DNA of 51,234 nucleotides from Desulfosalsimonas sp. (lineage in GTDB: Bacteria; Desulfobacterota; Desulfobacteria; Desulfobacterales; Desulfosalsimonadaceae): positions 1 through 51,234 of the forward strand of contig JAWLEU010000001.1 in the NCBI GenBank assembly GCA_041685965.1, in the 5' to 3' direction. A program made the position numbers and the translations under genes. Every line of letters begins with the position of its first letter. Position 1 is the first letter of the stretch. Shown here in pieces: positions 44,638-51,234 of this stretch. The notes under the pieces were generated by a model, which was given only the letters and a program-made list of their open reading frames with translations, searched no databases and had not been told where the DNA came from.

Positions 44638-45090
44638 CTATTTCTGCTGGTCCGGGACCACCTCCACGGTTATCTCGGGTTCAATGTCTTTGTAGATCCG
44701 CACAGGCACCTGGTAGGAACCCAGGTTTTTTATTGCGTTGGGCAGCAGTATGGAGCGCCTCTGAACCTCGATGCCCTGTTTTTCAAGAGCATTGGCAATC
44801 TCCTTGACGCCCACCGAGCCGTAGAGCCTGTCTTCGTCCGCCACCTTGGCGGGTATCTGGATGGACAGCCCCTTGACGCGGGAGGCCATTTCCTCGGCCC
44901 TTTCCCGTTCCTTGGCCATCTGCAGCTCAATTTTGGCCCGCTCCTGCTCCATTCTTTTTCTGTTTTCCTCGGTTGCGGGCACCGCCTTGCCCTGGGGGAT
45001 AAGGAAGTTTCTGGCATAGCCGTTTTTAACATCCACTTCCGAGCCCACAATACCCAGAGCGTCTATGGTTTCATTTAATATTACTTTCAT
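44638..45090 (-). CDS. rplI: 50S ribosomal protein L9 (ATG 45090)
   Basis: MKVIL...VKNGYARNFLIPQGKA, LYGSV, IKNLGSY; GGAGG RBS. Confidence 0.98.
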   Translation of the reverse strand: MKVILNETIDALGIVGSEVDVKNGYARNFLIPQGKAVPATEENRKRMEQERAKIELQMAKERERAEEMASRVKGLSIQIPAKVADEDRLYGSVGVKEIANALEKQGIEVQRRSILLPNAIKNLGSYQVPVRIYKDIEPEITVEVVPDQQK

Positions 45091-45128
45091 CTTCAACCTC
45101 CGATGATTGGGTGATTTCGTGTTGTCAG

Positions 45129-46097
45129 TCAGGAAGAACCGCCGCTGTCGCCGTTTTCAGCGCTCAGCCGCCTGAAGTCCGCCCATGTATCAAAAAATCC
45201 AACTCCGACTATCAAAAGCGCGAACAGCTGCTGAATGGCAAAAAAAGCATATATCAGCAGCCGAAGAAACACCGGCACCTGTTTGCTCTCGAAATAAAAT
45301 GACATCACCGCCAGGCCCTGGAAAAGATAAATCAGCATCAGCAGGATCAACCCGTTTGTTCCCACAAAAGAAAGCGGTTCCCCTGCTGCAGCCACGAGCA
45401 GACTGCAGCCGATTACTCCCCATACAAGCATGTCAGGCGCCTTCCAGCGGTTTAACCTGCCGAAATCCGGATGCATGATACCCCGGGCCAGCAGGATTGT
45501 CCTTGCAAGCAGCAGGTTCGCCCAGGCGGCAAATACCAGTCCTGATAACGCCACTGCCGGCATGATACGCATAAGCACATAATGGATCCTGTCCAGCGAT
45601 CCGGTCAGCATCTCTATGCTTCTGTTTCCAGAATCCATGTTTTCGTATGCCGCAGCGGTCATTTCCAGGTTTTTGCGGACATAATCCGATGTCATTTCCC
45701 ACGGGCCGGACTCGGAGATGTTGCCTATGAAGATCAGGGCGGCAATTGCCCCTGCCAGCACTGCTGCACAGGGATAGGCAATTGTCTTTTCTATCGTAAG
45801 ATCTTTTTCCAGGCTGTCTCCGAGAGCAAAGCCCAGGCCCAGCATGCATGCAATCAGCCACAGGTCTATGGTATGCCTTCCACCCAGTGCCCATATCACT
45901 GCTATCGCCGCAGTCGCCATCATGCCGCTCGGGTTTCTGCCGAGTTTCACCCGGTAGAAAATCACCGGCAGAGGCATCAAGAAAAAGCATATGAAGCCGA
46001 GTACCGGGAAGTAGAGGGTTAGCGCACCTAATAAAACCAGAAGGCCTGTACCGGTGAGAAAATCCCTCGGGTTTGCCGCTGTAGTCTGTGTGGGCAC
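45129..46097 (-). CDS. YybS/DUF2232 family multi-pass membrane protein (likely start GTG 46097)
   Basis: Multiple TM helices; WKAPD.LVW, YLFQGLAV, GFFDTWADFR; typical position between rpsR and rplI. Confidence 0.88.
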   Translation of the reverse strand: MPTQTTAANPRDFLTGTGLLVLLGALTLYFPVLGFICFFLMPLPVIFYRVKLGRNPSGMMATAAIAVIWALGGRHTIDLWLIACMLGLGFALGDSLEKDLTIEKTIAYPCAAVLAGAIAALIFIGNISESGPWEMTSDYVRKNLEMTAAAYENMDSGNRSIEMLTGSLDRIHYVLMRIMPAVALSGLVFAAWANLLLARTILLARGIMHPDFGRLNRWKAPDMLVWGVIGCSLLVAAAGEPLSFVGTNGLILLMLIYLFQGLAVMSFYFESKQVPVFLRLLIYAFFAIQQLFALLIVGVGFFDTWADFRRLSAENGDSGGSS

Positions 46098-46152
46098 AGG
46101 ATTTTGCCCCCATGAGCCAGAATGCTTTAGCCCGTCTTCCGCCGGGACAAAT

Positions 46153-46398
46153 CTACATGTCCGAGGTCCCCACGTACGGCAGCAGGGCGATTTTGCGCGC
46201 ACGCTTGATTGCCACGGCAAGGCGGCGCTGATGCCTTGCGCATGTGCCTGAAATGCGCCTGGGAATGATTTTTCCGCGTTCGGTTATAAAATATTTAAGC
46301 ATGCCAGGGTCTTTGTAATCGATCACCAGGTTGCTGTCCGTGCAGAACCGGCAGACTTTGCGCCGGTGGAAAAAGCGTCGTTTGTTCATCACTGCCAT
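46153..46398 (-). CDS. rpsR: 30S ribosomal protein S18 (Zn-binding C+ type)
   Basis: [43 protein letters not shown]. Confidence 0.98.
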   Translation of the reverse strand: MAVMNKRRFFHRRKVCRFCTDSNLVIDYKDPGMLKYFITERGKIIPRRISGTCARHQRRLAVAIKRARKIALLPYVGTSDM

Positions 46399-46399
46399 T

Positions 46400-46864
46400 T
46401 TACTGCTCCTTTTGCTGGCTTGCAGGGGTTGATTCTTCTGTTTCCTCTGTTGTTTCAGCGGACTGAGTCCCGGAGGTGACGGTCCCGGCTTCCGGCGTCT
46501 GCGTTTCAGGCCCGGCTTCTGCCTGATCACCCTTTTCGCCCTTTTCCCGTCTTGCCTTTATGTCATCGGGATCCACGTTTTGCTCCAGCACCACGGTCAT
46601 AAAGCGCAGCACCCGCTGGTCATGAGTCAGCATGCGCTCGATTCCGTCTACTGTTTCGCCGTTTCCGCAGAAATCGGTACGCACATACTGCCCCTGCTTT
46701 TTTTTGCGGATTTCGTAAGCCAGTTTCCGCATGCCCCAATCGTCAAACTCGATAAGGGCCCCGTTCCTTTTGGATATCTGCGATTCAATGCGCTCCAATA
46801 GAGCCTTTTTGTCATCCTCGCCGACATCCGCATCAATGATGGTGATGTTTTCGTACCTGTTCAT
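46400..46864 (-). CDS. rpsF: 30S ribosomal protein S6 (ATG 46864)
   Basis: [21 protein letters not shown]; acidic C-terminal tail; AGGAGG RBS. Confidence 0.97.
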   Translation of the reverse strand: MNRYENITIIDADVGEDDKKALLERIESQISKRNGALIEFDDWGMRKLAYEIRKKKQGQYVRTDFCGNGETVDGIERMLTHDQRVLRFMTVVLEQNVDPDDIKARREKGEKGDQAEAGPETQTPEAGTVTSGTQSAETTEETEESTPASQQKEQ

Positions 46865-46915
46865 GCCTCCTCCTTTCGGCTGATAAAGCCCCGGCCACCC
46901 GGACCGGAGCAAGGA
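46865..46915 (-). ncRNA. Putative S6:S18-binding rpsF leader (cis-regulatory RNA)
   Basis: Minus strand TCCTTGCTCCGGTCCGGGTGGCCGGGGCTTTATCAGCCGAAAGGAGG: 5' CCTT can pair with AAGG of the SD, and an internal CCG motif is present, as in known rpsF leaders. Confidence 0.6.
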
Positions 46916-46939
46916 TAAAAGGGTTATATAAATCCTTTA

Positions 46940-46968
46940 ATTAAACGGATTTTGCCGGCTGTTGTCAA
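46940..46968 (-). promoter_or_regulatory. Sigma70 promoter of the rpsF operon
   Basis: Minus strand TTGACA-17 nt-TTTAAT, just upstream of the leader. Confidence 0.65.
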
Positions 46969-47126
46969 GCATAATCTGATGGGAATTTCAGCCTCGATTT
47001 TTTCCGGGGGAACCTGTAAACTGTTGCCGGTTTCCGGTTAAATGATGTCCTGCTATTGCATATGAAAGCAGTTTTGTCAACGCGTGGTTGAGGCCGGAGG
47101 CAATCCACCGGCAGGAAAAAACAGAC

Positions 47127-48119
47127 ATGAAAAAGCTGGTTGATAAAAAAGGAAGAGTTCGGTTCGGGATTTTTGACGAGCCGGTGGAGACGGTCAATTA
47201 CCTTGATTATCCTCTCAGGACACCCATGGGATATAAATTCCCTTCGTGGATGCGGCGCATCAGGGCAAACCAGTTCTGCTTTGTCGGGATTCCGGGACGT
47301 GACTTCACCGTCGGCCTGGCGGTGGTTGATCTGCACACTGTTGCCTCGGGTTTCTTCTACGTCTGCGAACGCGCTTCAGGGCGTATTGTGGAGACCTCCG
47401 CTCTTTGCCTGCCGAAAAAAAATATTTTTATCGATCCGCGTCCGGATCGGGTAAAGGCCCGGTTTCGAAGCAGAAAACTTAGCATGGAGCTTGATTCGGG
47501 CATTATAAGCGCCAGGGGCAGGGGGATTTCACTTAATGCCCGGATGGGCCTTGATGATATCAATCCGCTCCGGATCTGTACGCGTACGGATTACCGCGGC
47601 TGGGCCTACGTGCAAAAGACCAATCCAGTAAAAATAAGCGGAAAACTCGGCTTTGAGGGAAAAACCCTCCCTGTTTCCCAGCACGAGTACATGGCCTCGA
47701 TTGACTGGACTGCAGGGTATATGAGAAGAAAAACATGGTGGAACTGGCTGTCGGCGTCAGGGACACTTCCCGGCGGCAGGGCTTTTGGAATAAACCTGTC
47801 CTGCGGTGTAAACGAGACCAGCTTCACTGAAAACTTCTTTGTCATAGACCGGCAAATGACAAAGGTGGACACCGTGTATTTCGACTTTGACTCCGATGAT
47901 CTTTTTAAGCCCTGGCGTATATGCTCATTTGACGGAAAGGTGGATCTTCGGTTCTTGCCTGAGGCTTACCGCGGGGAAAAGCTCAGCGCCATTGTGCTGG
48001 CCTCGCGTTTTTCCCAGCTTGCAGGAACCTGTGAGGGAATGCTTAAGACCGATTCAGGCGAGGAGGTGGCAGTAGAAGATGTTGCCGGCCTGGCCGAAGA
48101 CCACTACGCAAAGTGGTAG
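47127..48119 (+). CDS. DUF2804 family protein (ATG 47127)
   Basis: DWTAGYMRRKTWWNW, GINLSCGVNETSFTEN, PWRI.S.DGKVDL.F.P, terminal GLAEDHYAKW. Confidence 0.8.
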   Translation: MKKLVDKKGRVRFGIFDEPVETVNYLDYPLRTPMGYKFPSWMRRIRANQFCFVGIPGRDFTVGLAVVDLHTVASGFFYVCERASGRIVETSALCLPKKNIFIDPRPDRVKARFRSRKLSMELDSGIISARGRGISLNARMGLDDINPLRICTRTDYRGWAYVQKTNPVKISGKLGFEGKTLPVSQHEYMASIDWTAGYMRRKTWWNWLSASGTLPGGRAFGINLSCGVNETSFTENFFVIDRQMTKVDTVYFDFDSDDLFKPWRICSFDGKVDLRFLPEAYRGEKLSAIVLASRFSQLAGTCEGMLKTDSGEEVAVEDVAGLAEDHYAKW

Positions 48120-48233
48120 ATATATACTCAAAGAGCCATTCATCCCGGAAATTGAATAACCGGGAATTCTGGCTGATTTCTCTTAAATTCTCCCCCTATG
48201 ATGTAGGACCCGGAAAGGTCTGAAGGGGGGTGT

Positions 48234-49694
48234 TTATTCATACATCAGGAAGACCGCCGGCTGAATTCCCAGCTCTGAGGGGTGGTGGGTGCTTTCAATA
48301 GTGTATGTATATTGTCCTGTATCAGCATCCTTTTGGTTCAGATCAATTGTTCCGTCTTTTACGTATTGCTCCCCCTGCTGTTTGAGGACAAAAACCCGCG
48401 GCATGCGGTTTTCCCTGAAATCGCCCCCGCTGCAGACCAGGCCGAAACTTCCGGTGTTCAGTTTTACAAGGGTTCCCAAAGGCATTACCCCGTGCATGTT
48501 CATAAACCATTTAAGCAATATTGGATCAAAATCCCTGCCTGATTTGGTCAGCATCAGGCCGAGCGCCCGGTCCGGGCTCAGCGGGTGCTGCCGGTAGATC
48601 CGCGAGGATGTCAGGGCATCGTATACATCGCAGATCTCCAGGATCCTCCCGAACAGGCTCAGCGGCCTGGACCATTCTGTCTCCGGGTAACCTGACAGAT
48701 CATATCTCAGGTGATGTTCAAACGGCGGCAGAATGATTCTTGCCTTGAGCTCGGAGTCTGCTTCCAGTTTTGTTATCCTTCGCACTCCGTTTAACGGGTG
48801 GTGCCGGACCTCTTTGAACTCCGCAGAATCAAGCGGTCCGGGCTTGTTTAGAATCTCGTGCGGTATTTCTATTTTGCCCAGATCGTGGAAAAGCGCCGAG
48901 ATGCCGAGACGCAGAAGGCTGTTGCGCGACAGCCCGATCCGATGCCCCAGGCAAATGGATTGAATCGCCACGTTGACCGAGTGCGTAAAAGTGTAGTCAT
49001 CATAATCCCGGATGGTTGAAATCCCCATCAGTACCGAGGTGTCTACAAAGGCCAGGTCTGTGATGTCCTGGACCACACGCAGGGGCTTTCGGATGCCCGA
49101 GGACTTTTCTTTAACGATTTTGTAGGTTACTGACTTGAGGGTATTATAGGCATAGGAGTAAAGCTTGTGAGCCATTTCCGCTCTTTCGGATTCTGAAGCT
49201 CCGGTTCCGCTCTCCGGGCCGGCTATTGTATCCACCCAGAAAAAACGGTCCTGCTCAAGGCTTTTGTCAAGCCAATCTGCAGGGTCGCTTTGATGCTGGG
49301 ATTTTAATATTTCCCGGACGAATTCATAAGCCATCTCCGGTGTAACACTGTCTAACCCGGCATTAAACCGCAGGCCGTAGAGCCCCAGCCGCTCGAACCA
49401 GCCCAGCAGGGAAAAGACAAGGACTGCGCTTTTTTTCCGCAGCAGCAGCTTTTCCCCCTGGATGAAAAAACGGCCGTGACATGCTTCGATGGTGAGTTCG
49501 TCATCGTTTTCTCCCAGAAGCCTTCGTGCTGTGTGGATGAACTGATTGGCTGCATCCACGGTCAGCCGGTTGCCGGATCCGTGGATCCTGGACAGCTGTA
49601 GAAGCCTCGTGAAGTGGCATATAAAGGACTCGCCCAGCTCATATGTCTCCGGATCCGGGTTTACTGCGCCGGGATTGGCTGCATCAGGCTTCAT
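48234..49694 (-). CDS. HD-GYP domain cyclic-dinucleotide phosphodiesterase with an uncharacterised N-terminal domain
   Basis: DYTFTHSVNV, LFHDLGK, ILNKPGPL, HHLRYDLSGYP, ICDVYDALTS.R.YR. Confidence 0.92.
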   Translation of the reverse strand: MKPDAANPGAVNPDPETYELGESFICHFTRLLQLSRIHGSGNRLTVDAANQFIHTARRLLGENDDELTIEACHGRFFIQGEKLLLRKKSAVLVFSLLGWFERLGLYGLRFNAGLDSVTPEMAYEFVREILKSQHQSDPADWLDKSLEQDRFFWVDTIAGPESGTGASESERAEMAHKLYSYAYNTLKSVTYKIVKEKSSGIRKPLRVVQDITDLAFVDTSVLMGISTIRDYDDYTFTHSVNVAIQSICLGHRIGLSRNSLLRLGISALFHDLGKIEIPHEILNKPGPLDSAEFKEVRHHPLNGVRRITKLEADSELKARIILPPFEHHLRYDLSGYPETEWSRPLSLFGRILEICDVYDALTSSRIYRQHPLSPDRALGLMLTKSGRDFDPILLKWFMNMHGVMPLGTLVKLNTGSFGLVCSGGDFRENRMPRVFVLKQQGEQYVKDGTIDLNQKDADTGQYTYTIESTHHPSELGIQPAVFLMYE

Positions 49695-51234
49695 TGTCTG
49701 CCTCCTTTGCCCTTCTTACAGCCCGGCGGATAGTTGGCCACAAACTTTTTGAGGCTTTAAGCAGCATATCGCCTGCTTCAGGCTCCTGCAGGCGGCCCAG
49801 TGCCATTGCGGCCCCTGCGCGGTGCATCGCCCGCAGTTTCCCGATACGCAGGGGGCGGGAAAATAACCGGGATTGTAAAAAATCAAATGCCATGCTGCCT
49901 CCGCAGTTGCCCAAAGCCCGGTAAAGCGCCTTTAATAATGCCGTATCCTTTCTGTTGAAATCAGAGCGGCTGAGCCTTTCCATAAGGGCTGCCTCGGCGG
50001 CTGGGCTGCGACTGCGGGAAAAAAACTTAAACACCGTTTTCCTTATTCCTGGGTTTGGATCCGAAAAAAAAGCCGCCAGGTGAGTGTAAACATCTGCATC
50101 CTCCTGTCTTGTAAGGGCAGAAACCCCGGTTTTCCTAACGTTGGCCTCATCCGAGCGGCTTGCTTCAAAAAGTACCGGCAGCGCCTCTTTTTTTCTGGAT
50201 TCGGATAGATCCCCAAGGGTTTCGGATAAAAGCATTATCGCTTCTGCAGCCACTGCCGAGCTGGAGTGTCTGGCAAGATAAATCAGCGGCCGCAGGTCTG
50301 CCCGGGCCAGCCCGGAAAGCGCGGACAATGCTGCCCTGCGGGCGCTGCTGGACTTGACTTTGGGCAGCACCGGTGTAAGGCTGAAAATGCATTCTTCGGA
50401 AAGCAGGCCTATCATTTCTTCCAACTCTTCAAACTGCTGATTATCCTCTGCTGTTGTTTTCTCGAGATAATCATTAAGAGTAGACAACGCATCCGGCCCG
50501 GAAATCATGCGCAGGAAATCGTCCAGGTATGACAGGGCCCAATGGTTGTCTGCGCTGTAAGAATCGCGGGTCGAGTGGAAGTTTTTCAAAAACCTGCTGA
50601 TACGGGAGAAATTTCTTGCGGCAAGTTCATTTTGAAAGCATTCATATATTATTTCAAGAATTTGAGCATAGTCTCTGTGGTCGCGCTGCTCATTCAGGAT
50701 GACAAGCAGGACATCGAAGACATCCTGGTTGAAATTTCTGGATTCCTCCAGGGCCACCATCCTGTTGGTTTCTTCGATTTCCTGTTCTGAAAGTTCCCAT
50801 AGCTGTATGTCGGATCCCGGGGTACTCCCGGCTGAATCCGGTGCGGCCTGTGCTGCTGGCTCCTCGCCGGGGTCGGCATCCGGTGGAACCGGCCTGAGTC
50901 GGGAAAGATCGAGCAGCGGTTCGTTTTGCCAGATCCGCTCATTGGTGCGGTACTCGATGTTAAACAAGCCTGCTTCCCACATGTCAGTTACTATGTCACC
51001 CTGGTTTTCATCCTCTATTACCTGGTGCGCGTTAATTATCTTTAAAAATTCCTCCAGTTCTGAAAATGTAACACCACTGCTAAAAATCAGCTTCTGGATC
51101 CCGTCTCTGTAGCAAAGATAAGCCAGGTTCTGATGTGCGCTGTTTTCCGCCAGCAGCTTGTTTTCCTGGTATTCAGTGTGGGTCTTGGATACTTCCAGGC
51201 TAAATTCACCGTATTTGTTTATGAATGAAGTGAG
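49684..51234 (-). CDS. HEAT-repeat protein, 5'-truncated by the window edge
   Basis: Frame is open from 51234 through ATG 50982 to the stop at 49684; repeats such as SDEANVRKTGVSAL, DPNPGIRKTV and RAGAAMALG; overlaps the HD-GYP start by 11 nt. Confidence 0.85.
   Translation of the reverse strand, partial: LTSFINKYGEFSLEVSKTHTEYQENKLLAENSAHQNLAYLCYRDGIQKLIFSSGVTFSELEEFLKIINAHQVIEDENQGDIVTDMWEAGLFNIEYRTNERIWQNEPLLDLSRLRPVPPDADPGEEPAAQAAPDSAGSTPGSDIQLWELSEQEIEETNRMVALEESRNFNQDVFDVLLVILNEQRDHRDYAQILEIIYECFQNELAARNFSRISRFLKNFHSTRDSYSADNHWALSYLDDFLRMISGPDALSTLNDYLEKTTAEDNQQFEELEEMIGLLSEECIFSLTPVLPKVKSSSARRAALSALSGLARADLRPLIYLARHSSSAVAAEAIMLLSETLGDLSESRKKEALPVLFEASRSDEANVRKTGVSALTRQEDADVYTHLAAFFSDPNPGIRKTVFKFFSRSRSPAAEAALMERLSRSDFNRKDTALLKALYRALGNCGGSMAFDFLQSRLFSRPLRIGKLRAMHRAGAAMALGRLQEPEAGDMLLKASKSLWPTIRRAVRRAKEADNEA

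Noticed and set aside
45433-46113. 226-aa alternate-frame ORF, and the many other 60-220-aa overlapping ORFs in the track
   Set aside because: They lie within well-supported genes and have no RBS or recognisable motifs.

Overview
Core-chromosome window from a Desulfobacterota (deltaproteobacterial, probably Desulfobacterales-like) genome; the taxon is inferred from gene content and order. No mobile element, CRISPR array or rRNA was seen. Housekeeping genes include mutS, an AmiC-type amidase, purB, trmI, amtB-glnK with a near-consensus sigma54 promoter, tRNA-Sec (selC), pepT-like-larC-pgpA-thpR-recA-alaS, plsB-murU/amgK-dapB-SBP, rnhA, namZ, a divergent dnaA-like gene, a glcD-like gene, and rpsF-rpsR-DUF2232-rplI-dnaB-hflX-suhB. 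The most interesting element is an 11-gene, co-oriented, kinase-free signalling locus at 6544-17122. It encodes MglB, an MglA small GTPase, an output-less Zn-ribbon/Cache-like/HAMP membrane receptor, PATAN/DUF4388-like proteins, a second roadblock protein, a TPR-fused PilB/GspE ATPase, a PilZ protein and a sensor-less membrane adenylate cyclase. This looks like a receptor to small G protein to ATPase/cyclase module. Other notable items are a MamI-like membrane protein outside any magnetosome cluster, a DnaA paralogue with an altered DNA-recognition helix, a probable CTG/ATT start codon, a MurU-AmgK fusion, and a HEAT/HD-GYP gene pair that appears to share an N-terminal domain. All family calls come from motif recognition by eye; no database search was run.
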